Shown piece by piece: positions 29,572 to 38,267 of a stretch of 64,000 bases of DNA (its first letter is position 1; each line of letters begins with the position of its first letter). The stretch is from positions 10,205 through 74,204 of IMG/VR virus record IMGVR_UViG_3300037961_006825, one strand, 5' to 3'. Both the position numbers and the translations under genes were made by a program. A model generated the notes under the pieces. That model searched no databases, had not been told where the DNA came from, and saw only the letters and a list, made by a program, of their open reading frames with translations. The DNA is from a virus.

Positions 29572-30324
29572 ATGACTATGAATAAAAAATACATCATCAT
29601 TGGAGCATTGGTTGCTATCGTTGCATTTTTTACAATGTGCGGTAAAGCTGAAGCTCAAGAAGTAAAACAAGAGAAGACATGGAGTGTCAATACTGAAGTA
29701 GGTTATTACGAATCAAGAATCTCCGGAGGATTGGTTGGAGCAGAAGATGCCCCGTACGTAAAAGCTTCTACGAAAATTGGCGATTTTTATGGCTTATCGC
29801 TCGTAGGTGGGATCGAATATGTTGATGATCCTGATGCTTACGAATTGCACGGTTCAATTGGAACTGTTCTAGATACACCTATCGGTGATATCGATACAAG
29901 ATTAGTTGCACATAATAAACAAGGTAGCGATGCTACATTTGAATTAGTTGGAGCTTATATTGTAAACTTATTTAGCTTTGTAGAAACAGAGTTAAGTTTA
30001 AGCGTAGAAAATGGATCAGAAGCTGTTGATACTACTTTAGATCCTATCTATACCCCTGCTGTAGTATTATCAAAGACCTTTAATACTGGTACTTTTGATC
30101 TTATTGTAGGTGGTGAATATGGACAATCATTCGGTTATGATGAAGACTATGAATACATTCATGGATTTGCAAGACTTGAAACGATTGTTAATGATGCTGC
30201 TAAGTTATTTGTTCAAGGTAATTGGATTAATAGTGATGTAGTATTCGCAGATGGAATTACTTATGCTGATGCACAACTTGATTGGGATCAATCAGTTAAT
30301 GTTGGGTTAGCATTTACCTTCTAA
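29572..30324 (+). CDS. Outer-membrane beta-barrel protein
   Basis: Signal peptide (…KAEA|Q), alternating amphipathic strands, C-terminal VGLAFTF (BAM-type terminal Phe). Confidence 0.75.
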   Translation: MTMNKKYIIIGALVAIVAFFTMCGKAEAQEVKQEKTWSVNTEVGYYESRISGGLVGAEDAPYVKASTKIGDFYGLSLVGGIEYVDDPDAYELHGSIGTVLDTPIGDIDTRLVAHNKQGSDATFELVGAYIVNLFSFVETELSLSVENGSEAVDTTLDPIYTPAVVLSKTFNTGTFDLIVGGEYGQSFGYDEDYEYIHGFARLETIVNDAAKLFVQGNWINSDVVFADGITYADAQLDWDQSVNVGLAFTF

Positions 30325-30342
30325 TTTTATTTAGACACAATG

Positions 30343-30378
30343 AGCCCTCTACTGAGAAATCGGCAGAGGGCTTTTTTT
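30343..30378 (+). terminator. Intrinsic terminator between convergent genes
   Basis: AGCCCTCT...AGAGGGCT followed by T7. Confidence 0.85.
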
Positions 30379-30381
30379 GTA

Positions 30382-30555
30382 TTACTTGCTCCAAGCAGAG
30401 CCACGGTACATACCGTGCTTTACTTCTGTAGCAGGTTTTACTTTATTCGGATCGTAAGTGTTTCCTCTGTAAGAAGCGATGCCGGGTTTCTTTGCCACCG
30501 CTTGTTCAGAATTTTCCACTTTCGCTCCTCTATACTGCATGTATCGAGTTGCCAT
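30382..30555 (-). CDS. DUF4278-like YRG-repeat small protein (57 aa), unannotated
   Basis: MATRYMQYRGAKVENSEQAVAKKPGIASYRGNTYDPNKVKPATEVKHGMYRGSAWSK; three YRG motifs; AAGGA SD upstream. Confidence 0.85.
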   Translation of the reverse strand: MATRYMQYRGAKVENSEQAVAKKPGIASYRGNTYDPNKVKPATEVKHGMYRGSAWSK

Positions 30556-30577
30556 AGTTTATTTTCCTTTTACGGTG

Positions 30578-30655
30578 CGTTCCTTCCCCTACCCCATATT
30601 TCTTTCATAGAACTATGTACAGAAAATAGGGTACTTCCGCCCTTTCGGGTGAACG
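30578..30655 (-). ncRNA. Glutamine riboswitch (glnA-motif type)
   Basis: CGUUC-A-CCC(GAAA)GGG-C-GGAAGUA-CCCUA...UAGGG-GAAG-GAACG gives P1, P2, E-loop and P3; sits 22 nt upstream of the YRG gene. Confidence 0.85.
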
Positions 30656-30674
30656 AGTTATATATATATTTATT

Positions 30675-30690
30675 ATTTTAATATAGTTCC
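30675..30690 (-). promoter_or_regulatory. GGAAC-N5-TAAAAT promoter upstream of the riboswitch
   Basis: Minus strand GGAACtatatTAAAAT about 20 nt before the riboswitch 5' end. Confidence 0.55.
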
Positions 30691-30715
30691 TCAAGTTCTT
30701 ATAAATAATTTTGTT

Positions 30716-30967
30716 ATGGAAATTATACTATACACAATCGTTTGGCTTTCACTTGGAGGTTTATTTGCTACTATTTTACTAGCAAATGATCCTTATGTTA
30801 AAGCTAAAAAAATAGCTGATATCGCTTTAGAGCGTATCGAAATATTAAAGCATAAGTGGCTTGAATCTGAAAAAGCCGGTTATGATATTGGCATAGAAAA
30901 TGCTCAAAAATCATGGAAAAAAAATCATGCTAAAGACTGGCGAAAAAGCCGGAAGAAAGCTGCTTAA
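30716..30967 (+). CDS. Membrane-anchored DUF4032-like protein
   Basis: TM helix, then EILKHKWLESEKAGYDIG...W...HA-x-x-WR. Confidence 0.65.
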   Translation: MEIILYTIVWLSLGGLFATILLANDPYVKAKKIADIALERIEILKHKWLESEKAGYDIGIENAQKSWKKNHAKDWRKSRKKAA

Positions 30968-30982
30968 TTAATTAGAAAATTC

Positions 30983-31015
30983 AAGCCAGTCTCAAATATT
31001 TGAGGCTGGCTTTTT
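30983..31015 (+). terminator. Intrinsic terminator
   Basis: AAGCCAGTCTCAAA-TA-TTTGAGGCTGGC-TTTTT. Confidence 0.85.
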
Positions 31016-31037
31016 AATATAATAACTTGTCTTTCAA

Positions 31038-31053
31038 GGAACTGTGATATAAT
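31038..31053 (+). promoter_or_regulatory. GGAAC-N5-TATAAT promoter motif
   Basis: GGAACtgtgaTATAAT, 6 nt before ATG 31060. Confidence 0.65.
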
Positions 31054-31059
31054 TGTTAT

Positions 31060-31236
31060 ATGAGTAGAGCAGGAAAACAACAAGTAGTTAGCAATAGAAC
31101 ACGAAATATTCAAAACGGTGCATATACTGATATATTCCGTAGAGAAGAAGAACAAGAACGTACAAGACGAAGAAACTTAAATCGTATGTATAATAATAAC
31201 TACCACGGCGGGTATACTTGTAAAATAAAATGGTAG
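31060..31236 (+). CDS. Small basic hypothetical protein (58 aa), unannotated
   Basis: MSRAGKQQVVSNRTRNIQNGAYTDIFRREEEQERTRRRNLNRMYNNNYHGGYTCKIKW, directly behind the promoter motif. Confidence 0.6.
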   Translation: MSRAGKQQVVSNRTRNIQNGAYTDIFRREEEQERTRRRNLNRMYNNNYHGGYTCKIKW

Positions 31237-31252
31237 TTATAAATATTTTTCT

Positions 31253-31669
31253 ATGACTAGACTAACTACATACAGAGGAGACAACCCATTAAAAATCATT
31301 GAGGATAGCTTAAACGGTATGCTCAATCTAACACCGGTCTTCCATAACTTGGAAGAAGTATACAAAACTGGCGATATCGTAAGATTCGCTTCAACAAAAG
31401 ATGGCCTGAATATTCAAATTGATATTCCGGGCTGTAAAAAACAAGACCTTGATCTTGATGTTGATTCTGATCAACGTGAAGTGTACATCAAAGGTAAGCG
31501 TACCGTCAAAACTAATGACGGTGAAGAGACCCAGACTATGAATAGAAGTTTTTCTATTGGTAGAGAATACGATCTTAATAAAATTAAGTTTACGTATGAA
31601 TATGGTGTACTCGAAGTATCAGTACCTAGAAGAAAAAAAGAAGAGTATATTAAAAAATATACTGTTTAA
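31253..31669 (+). CDS. Hsp20 small heat-shock protein
   Basis: IDIPGCKKQDLDLDV, NRSFSI, YEYGVLEVSVPR. Confidence 0.88.
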   Translation: MTRLTTYRGDNPLKIIEDSLNGMLNLTPVFHNLEEVYKTGDIVRFASTKDGLNIQIDIPGCKKQDLDLDVDSDQREVYIKGKRTVKTNDGEETQTMNRSFSIGREYDLNKIKFTYEYGVLEVSVPRRKKEEYIKKYTV

Positions 31670-31744
31670 TATATAAATAGTTACTGGTAGGGGAGTACGC
31701 AATTGTAAACTGGGGTTGGTTGGTGGGAACATTTTACAAATATC

Positions 31745-32002
31745 ATGACAATTTTCGGGTGGATATATACTATAGCATTTTCAATATGCTATATTCCTCA
31801 AATAGTAAAAACTTTTAAAACTAAAAAAGTAGAAGATATTAGTATAAGTTTATTTACATTATCTATAGTTGGCTATGGCAGCGCATTAGTGTATAGCATT
31901 ACGGAGCTTAACGCTCCTTTAGTTTTAATAATTAACTATACATTTGGCGGTATATGTAGCTTAACTATGATTCTCCTGTATTATCTATATAAATCTAAAT
32001 AG
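31745..32002 (+). CDS. PQ-loop/SemiSWEET-like transporter
   Basis: YIPQIVKTFKTKKVEDIS; three TM helices. Confidence 0.85.
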   Translation: MTIFGWIYTIAFSICYIPQIVKTFKTKKVEDISISLFTLSIVGYGSALVYSITELNAPLVLIINYTFGGICSLTMILLYYLYKSK

Positions 32003-34358
32003 ATACGTTTATAGCTTGAGATTTATCTGTGTTAAATTGTGATGATGCTGGTACATTACAACCATGACTCATTTTTGATTTAATTGTTGAATTTCTTAAA
32101 CTTTTATTACTATCAACTAATGTCATTGGAATACCTGCTGTGGTATGTGAATGAGGGTAAACTTCAATAGAATTAGGATCTGGGAAAGGTTGAACCTTTC
32201 CTCTATTAAACGCTATTAGATCAATTGAATTTGTTACTACTGGCATAGCTTCATCAAATTTAATAAAACCAGTACCTAATGTTACCCCTGATACATTTAC
32301 CGTAGCACCTCTAGGTATAAAACCTATAACGCATGAACTAACAAGACCTTTTGTTGGTTGACCACTGGCTTTTGATGTACCACCTGTAGTAAACTCTGCA
32401 GGAGCAGTAATATGTTGAACTGACATCTCTCCTTCAACATGTAACCCTCCACCAACAATTATATTATTTTGAACTCCTAAACTACCTTCAACAAATATTT
32501 GTCTTTTTCTTTTATTTCTAAGTTTTAAAATATTAGCAGAAATATTAACATAATCACCATCAATATTAACGCCATATTCAGATCCAATATTTACTTGATC
32601 ACCAGCTATATTTGTAACTGAACCTGATACATTAGTTGGTCCTGATGATTTTAATTGTAACCCACCTGCACCAACCATTAGATTGTATTTGTTAGCAACA
32701 TTTAAATTATAAGTACCACCTGGCATATCTTGAACATCCACATATTCAATTAATGCTGCTGGTTCTCTATTTTTATAAACCCCGTTAGTACCAACAATCA
32801 TTTCAGAAGTAACTAACTTACCTACCGGATCAACTCTTATACTACCATAGTCGTTCATTACCATGCCAATAGTTTCAATTTTGTTCTTAGCTATTTCTAC
32901 AAATTCATTTCCACCTACACCCATTTCTTTTTCCAGATCCATTAACTCTTCTAATTTTTGAATTATTTGATCTTTAAGATTATTAACATTAGGATCTTCA
33001 TCATAGGTACCGCCAGATGATGTTACTGGTATAGGTAATCCGGTCTCTTTAGTATAATTTCTCCTATCAGTTGCATTTGTTTGTTGTTGACCCTGAGCAG
33101 GTGATGCAAATTTAGCTACTAAATCATTTACGTTTTCAAAAATAGGATTTAAAAATCCACTAACTATTGAACCTATATTAATAGAAGATGCTATGCTTGA
33201 AAATCCTGAATCTTCAAAAGTATTTTTATTGTTTAAAGCAAAAACTTGATCACTAAATACAGGATATTCTGGATCTTTACCAACTTTTTGTTGCTTAATA
33301 CTATTTCGTTTAATTATTACATTACCACTATTATCAGTTACATTATAAGAAAATGTTCTTCTTTTTGGAAAAAGTTGTTTAGTATCTTGAATAGGTGCAA
33401 AAGTATCTCTCCATTGCTCATAAATTTCTTTATTTAAATTACCAATTTTTTTATACTTATCTCTAACTATTATTTCATCTAAATTCTTACCTGTGTATTC
33501 ATTTCTAAACCCTTTTGTAGTATGGTAACTATCAGCTAATACTAATTTTTGATCATTCTTTGAAGCTAATTCAATACTAGTATGATTATTCATTTCTTTA
33601 AATGACCCTGAATATTGAGTTATTCTGACCTTTTCATTAAAATCAGTATTATTAATTTCTATAGCTCCCCCTTTTTGATTTAAAACATATTTGTTTCTAT
33701 ACGTTTTTACATTTTCATCTAGTTCGGATAGCGAGGCATCAAAATTTTCAAACTTACCCGGATAATCTACATCATTATCATATATACCCTGCCAGTCATT
33801 TATACCGTATGCTGCAGCCATTACAACTGGAAAGTTGTAATCTCCTTCTCTAAAAAATACATAAACGTGAGCTCCTACTGAAGGTATACCAAATGACCCT
33901 TTAGCTTTATTAGAATATGTATTTGGTTTATACATATATGAATAAGGATTTACATTATTAATATTATTTTCGTTTTTATCAAAAGCATCTTTCAATCTAA
34001 AAGAACTTTGATCATAAATTTCTCCACTTGAAGCAGTGTTTTCATTTAAAAAGTTTTCATACTTATTAGCATCTGAAACAGAAGATTTACTTGCATAACT
34101 ATTATATCTTCCTGATGCGTCTTCACTTGTTAATGGAGCAGCTATTTCAGCCCAAGGTAAAGTTTTTTTCAATTCTTTCATTATCGGATTTAGATCATTA
34201 TTGATAAACTTGAAAGATTTATTTGTATTATCTCCAATCCATTCACTATATACGGCAGGTGATACACTCGGTACATATACTTTAACCCTACCTCTTTTTT
34301 TAGGGTCATTATTTTGTACCACTATACCAAGATATATATTATTAAATTTATCCATCAT
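31995..34358 (-). CDS. Baseplate hub / gp5-like protein (OB-fold N-terminus, beta-helix C-terminus)
   Basis: YLGIVVQNNDPKKRGRVKV, LPWA, IPSVGAHVYVFFREGD, HSH near the C-terminus. Confidence 0.75.
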   Translation of the reverse strand: MMDKFNNIYLGIVVQNNDPKKRGRVKVYVPSVSPAVYSEWIGDNTNKSFKFINNDLNPIMKELKKTLPWAEIAAPLTSEDASGRYNSYASKSSVSDANKYENFLNENTASSGEIYDQSSFRLKDAFDKNENNINNVNPYSYMYKPNTYSNKAKGSFGIPSVGAHVYVFFREGDYNFPVVMAAAYGINDWQGIYDNDVDYPGKFENFDASLSELDENVKTYRNKYVLNQKGGAIEINNTDFNEKVRITQYSGSFKEMNNHTSIELASKNDQKLVLADSYHTTKGFRNEYTGKNLDEIIVRDKYKKIGNLNKEIYEQWRDTFAPIQDTKQLFPKRRTFSYNVTDNSGNVIIKRNSIKQQKVGKDPEYPVFSDQVFALNNKNTFEDSGFSSIASSINIGSIVSGFLNPIFENVNDLVAKFASPAQGQQQTNATDRRNYTKETGLPIPVTSSGGTYDEDPNVNNLKDQIIQKLEELMDLEKEMGVGGNEFVEIAKNKIETIGMVMNDYGSIRVDPVGKLVTSEMIVGTNGVYKNREPAALIEYVDVQDMPGGTYNLNVANKYNLMVGAGGLQLKSSGPTNVSGSVTNIAGDQVNIGSEYGVNIDGDYVNISANILKLRNKRKRQIFVEGSLGVQNNIIVGGGLHVEGEMSVQHITAPAEFTTGGTSKASGQPTKGLVSSCVIGFIPRGATVNVSGVTLGTGFIKFDEAMPVVTNSIDLIAFNRGKVQPFPDPNSIEVYPHSHTTAGIPMTLVDSNKSLRNSTIKSKMSHGCNVPASSQFNTDKSQAINVSI

Positions 34359-34376
34359 ATGTATTTACTTTAAAAA

Positions 34377-35756
34377 TTATACTATTCCATTAGAGCTAAC
34401 TTGATAATCTTCTAATTTAGGACTATTGTATCTTACATTATATTTGTTACCATCTACTGTTATAAAACTCCACGTATTGCTAACTCCTAAATTTTCTTCC
34501 GAACCAGGCTCTAAAACTGTAACATCTGAACTATTAATTATGATACCTGCATTTTTTAAAATTTCAATATAAGTTCTTCTATTTCCTGAAATTTCCGGAA
34601 AACGATCATCTTGAATAGAAAAATTATTTTTTATTAAACATAAAAGTATTGCATATTGATCTCTACTTCCGAACACGTCATTGTAATTTATATCTAATAC
34701 GCTATCTAAATTTGAAAATCTATCAGGTAAACCTCCCCCTGCCATAAAATCATAGAACTCAGTCTCATCTAATGGATCCAAACTCACAACTTCATAATTT
34801 TCATCTGTAATTTGAGATAAAGATAATAACTCTTTATCCTTTAACAGTTTAAATTTTCTAAATCTACCTCTAAAATTTTCAAACTCACTATAAGATACAT
34901 CAATTTTATTTTTTACATAATTTTGTATTTCTGGGTCATAAACTGGCCTAGCTTGTACTTCTTTTTCATTATTAAAAAAGCTCAAATTCGGTCTATTAAA
35001 TGGTTTTTTATCAATAGTTTTTATACTATCTAATTCAGCTTTTTGAGTCATAACTGGAGATACAAAAGTAGATGTTTCAGATGCAATTTCATTTGTAAAT
35101 GTAGTACCTAATTCAGTCATTACTGAATCTTTAAAATCAGGATCAACATTAATATCTCTTATCACCCTATTTGAAAAATTTTGAAGATTATCTTTTAATG
35201 ATTGAGATGCTGAGCCTGATATCAACCCAACTTCTGCTTCTTCAATATTTTTATAATTAACAACTTCTCTAACATTTTTGATAGTTTCTGCTACATCTTT
35301 ACCTATACCAACTATTGCTTCATTAAAAATTTCAGCAGAATTTGCTATAGTATCTACTGCTTCTGTAATTGTATCGCTTATAGTACCAATTAATGTACTA
35401 ACTGCATCTTTAAGTTGTTGCACTACACCATTAACTGCTTCTGCTATTTTTTCTTTAATTTTCTTTTTTACTTTTTTGATTACTTCTTTAGTAGAAAAAC
35501 CAACCGGATTTGTAACTAATTGAAATACCATCATACCGGTTTCTACTAATTTTTTAGCAGTTTCTATACCTTGAATCAATCTTTCCTGTATTTGCATTCT
35601 AATCTTAGCTGCGGCGATAGCAGCTTGATTTATAGGCGCTAATGCTTGCTTAACTTTTAGTTGCATTGCATTACCAAATGTTCTAACAGGGTTACCTATA
35701 GACGTTTGTCTAATACTTGATATCTGATCATTTATACTTTTTAAATTGTTAGGCAT
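34377..35756 (-). CDS. Hypothetical late protein, helical N-terminus (possibly baseplate-associated)
   Basis: Upstream of the gp5-like gene; TAAATA box. Confidence 0.5.
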   Translation of the reverse strand: MPNNLKSINDQISSIRQTSIGNPVRTFGNAMQLKVKQALAPINQAAIAAAKIRMQIQERLIQGIETAKKLVETGMMVFQLVTNPVGFSTKEVIKKVKKKIKEKIAEAVNGVVQQLKDAVSTLIGTISDTITEAVDTIANSAEIFNEAIVGIGKDVAETIKNVREVVNYKNIEEAEVGLISGSASQSLKDNLQNFSNRVIRDINVDPDFKDSVMTELGTTFTNEIASETSTFVSPVMTQKAELDSIKTIDKKPFNRPNLSFFNNEKEVQARPVYDPEIQNYVKNKIDVSYSEFENFRGRFRKFKLLKDKELLSLSQITDENYEVVSLDPLDETEFYDFMAGGGLPDRFSNLDSVLDINYNDVFGSRDQYAILLCLIKNNFSIQDDRFPEISGNRRTYIEILKNAGIIINSSDVTVLEPGSEENLGVSNTWSFITVDGNKYNVRYNSPKLEDYQVSSNGIV

Positions 35757-35770
35757 ATATTAATATTTAC

Positions 35771-35798
35771 TTGATAATTATGTTTTATATACTATAAT
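35771..35798 (+). promoter_or_regulatory. Sigma70-like promoter of the TGT-kinase-QueF operon
   Basis: TTGATA-16 nt-TATAAT, 6 nt before ATG 35805. Confidence 0.65.
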
Positions 35799-35804
35799 TA
35801 TAGT

Positions 35805-36587
35805 ATGTTAGTATCTCATGAAAGCCCTATAAGTATGCTCGAGAAATCGAGAGATTATAATGATTATGATTATGCTTTAGTCCATCTCTTTGAGTCTCAT
35901 CCAAAGTATTATGATTTCTTTAAAGAATCATTATTAATGGATAGAGATGTATTATTAGATAATAGTATATTTGAGTTAGGTGAAGCATTTGATCATAAGA
36001 AATTTGCTAAGTATGTTAAAGAATTAAAACCTACTTATTATATAGTACCTGATGTATTAGAAAATGGTTATGAAACTATTAAACATTATATTGAGTTTTG
36101 TTCAGAATATACTGATTTACCTGGTAGTAAAATAGGTGTAGTTCAAGGTAAAACGTATGATGAGTTAGTTGATTGTTATCGCTTTATGGAGCAAAATGCT
36201 GATTATATTGCTATTAGTTTTGATTATAGTTATTATGTTACTACTGGGTTTGGTAAAACTAAACTTGAAAGATGGTGTAATGGTAGGCAAAGATTTATAA
36301 AGCATCTAAAAGATGACGGTGTATGGAATTGTCATAAACCTCATCATTTGTTAGGTTGTTCATTAGCAAGAGAGTTTAAAGCTTATGTAGGAGATAACTC
36401 TATAAGATCTGTTGATACATCTAATCCTATAGTTGCAGGTATTAAGGAACTAAGATATAATAGTGATTTAGGATTGAATGATAAACCTTCTATAAAATTA
36501 GCAGATTTAATTGATACAAAAGTTAATGCAAGTCAAGTAGAAGATATAATGTATAACGTAGGAAAATTTAAAAATATAGTTACATGA
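35805..36587 (+). CDS. TGT/DpdA-like guanine transglycosylase-fold protein
   Basis: LLDNS, VPDV, GVVQG, HLLG, SVDTS echo TGT-barrel motifs; adjacent to queF. Confidence 0.7.
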   Translation: MLVSHESPISMLEKSRDYNDYDYALVHLFESHPKYYDFFKESLLMDRDVLLDNSIFELGEAFDHKKFAKYVKELKPTYYIVPDVLENGYETIKHYIEFCSEYTDLPGSKIGVVQGKTYDELVDCYRFMEQNADYIAISFDYSYYVTTGFGKTKLERWCNGRQRFIKHLKDDGVWNCHKPHHLLGCSLAREFKAYVGDNSIRSVDTSNPIVAGIKELRYNSDLGLNDKPSIKLADLIDTKVNASQVEDIMYNVGKFKNIVT

Positions 36588-37138
36588 TAATTACTTTTAC
36601 AGGAGCTCAAAGTACTGGTAAATCTACTTTACTAGATAAATGTACGTATGATGGTAGGTTTAATTGCTATAGCTTCGTACCTGAAATAACTAGAAAGTTA
36701 AAGAAAAAATATAACTTAACTATAAATGAAAATGGTGATGAATATACTCAATTATTTTGTATTAATAGTCATTTAGAAAATTATCTAAGTCATAAAAATA
36801 GTAAGGTGGTATTAGATAGATGTGCATTAGATGCTTTAGTTTATACGACTTATCAATATCATACTGGTAAAGTTAATGAATGGGTAATGGATTATGCAAC
36901 TAATTTATTTGAGAGTTTAAAAGATAAATATGATATTATTTTTTATACTGAACCTGATATTGATTTAGTTGATGACGGTGAAAGAAGTAGTAGTAATGAG
37001 TTTAGAGATACTATTGTTAAACTATTTGAGGAAGCAATAGATCATTATAATTTAAAAGTAGTACGATTAAAAGGTACTGTTGAAGAACGTATGGTAACAA
37101 TATATAAAACTTTAGATAAAATTAATTATGGCAAATAA
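36584..37138 (+). CDS. P-loop nucleotide kinase-like (AAA_28/dNMP kinase type)
   Basis: GAQSTGKST, LDRCALD, DDGER. Confidence 0.78.
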   Translation: MIITFTGAQSTGKSTLLDKCTYDGRFNCYSFVPEITRKLKKKYNLTINENGDEYTQLFCINSHLENYLSHKNSKVVLDRCALDALVYTTYQYHTGKVNEWVMDYATNLFESLKDKYDIIFYTEPDIDLVDDGERSSSNEFRDTIVKLFEEAIDHYNLKVVRLKGTVEERMVTIYKTLDKINYGK

Positions 37139-38057
37139 AACATTAGATAATAGTAGGATAAGTAAGCATTTAGGTCAAACGTCTCAATATAAGAGTCAGT
37201 ATGATCCTGAGTTATTGGTAAGAGAGCCTCGTAGTAATAATCGAGAATATTTGAATATATTTGATGATGATTTACCTTTCGTGGGATCAGATACGTGGAA
37301 TGCATATGAGTGTTCGTTTCTTTTAGATAACGGATGCCCTGTAACTGGGATTGTAAAATGTGTGTATCCTTGTAGTAGTAAGTATATTGTTGAGAGTAAA
37401 AGTATTAAGTTATATTTTAATTCCTTTAATATGACTAAAATAGCTGCTGATAGAGATGTAGCTATTAGTTCTTTTGAAAATACTGCAAGTAAAGATTTAA
37501 GTAAGTTACTAGAGACTGAAGTTAAGGTATCATTTCAAGACGGGGCTCGTGTAAATAATACTTATAATAGTCCTAATGGTGCTTGGGATATAGATCAATA
37601 TATAAACGTAGATCATTTAGAAGATCAAAAAGATTATATTTATAATCAGTATACTGAAGACCCGAGCTTATTAGAAGGAATAACTCGTCAAAGAGATCTA
37701 AAGCAATATTTTTATTCCGGGTTGCTTAAAAGTAACTGTCGTGTAACTTCTCAACCTGATTGGGGTGATGTATTTATATACATTAAATCTAAGTATGCTA
37801 TTGATGCGCATAGCATTAAAAAGTATATTGTATCTTATAGAGATGAGTGTCATTTTCATGAAGAGATCTGCGAATGTTTTTATAAACGTTTAAAAGATGC
37901 ATTTGATCCTTCTGAACTTTTAGTTATGTGTTTATACGCTCGTAGAGGTGGTATTGATATTAACCCTGTAAGAGCGTCGAATCAAGATCTAATTGATGAA
38001 TTTGCTGGTAGTTTAGTCGATCCAGATGTAGTTCATATTAAAACTTCTAAACAATAA
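37128..38057 (+). CDS. queF: 7-cyano-7-deazaguanine reductase QueF (long, bimodular type)
   Basis: DTWNAYE, VESKSIKLYFNSF, LLKSNCRVTSQPDWG, FHEEICE, YARRGGIDINP. Confidence 0.93.
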   Translation: MANKTLDNSRISKHLGQTSQYKSQYDPELLVREPRSNNREYLNIFDDDLPFVGSDTWNAYECSFLLDNGCPVTGIVKCVYPCSSKYIVESKSIKLYFNSFNMTKIAADRDVAISSFENTASKDLSKLLETEVKVSFQDGARVNNTYNSPNGAWDIDQYINVDHLEDQKDYIYNQYTEDPSLLEGITRQRDLKQYFYSGLLKSNCRVTSQPDWGDVFIYIKSKYAIDAHSIKKYIVSYRDECHFHEEICECFYKRLKDAFDPSELLVMCLYARRGGIDINPVRASNQDLIDEFAGSLVDPDVVHIKTSKQ

Positions 38058-38062
38058 TATAT

Positions 38063-38239
38063 ATGTCAAAAAAAATATTGCAAGGCCGTACACAATATAA
38101 AGGTGTTGGTAAATTATATGGTCGTAGTTCTGGAGAAATGGTCTTCAACGAACATGTAGGTTACAAAGTAACACCTAAGCTTAACCAAGCTATCAATAAA
38201 AATTTGCAAAAAAAGAGCCTCAACTCTAAAAAGAGCTGA
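38063..38239 (+). CDS. Small basic hypothetical protein (58 aa), unannotated
   Basis: MSKKILQGRTQYKGVGKLYGRSSGEMVFNEHVGYKV...; starts 5 nt after the queF stop. Confidence 0.5.
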   Translation: MSKKILQGRTQYKGVGKLYGRSSGEMVFNEHVGYKVTPKLNQAINKNLQKKSLNSKKS

Positions 38240-38244
38240 GACTC
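38208..38244 (-). terminator. Intrinsic terminator of the major capsid gene
   Basis: Minus strand AGAGTCTCAGCTCT-TTTT-AGAGTTGAGGCTCT-T7. Confidence 0.8.
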
Positions 38245-38267
38245 TACGCAAATGTATAAGAACGAAC

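Noticed and set aside
30340-30681. 113-aa plus-strand ORF in the track
   Set aside because: It runs through a terminator and is antisense to the riboswitch and YRG gene, which have promoter, SD and motif support.
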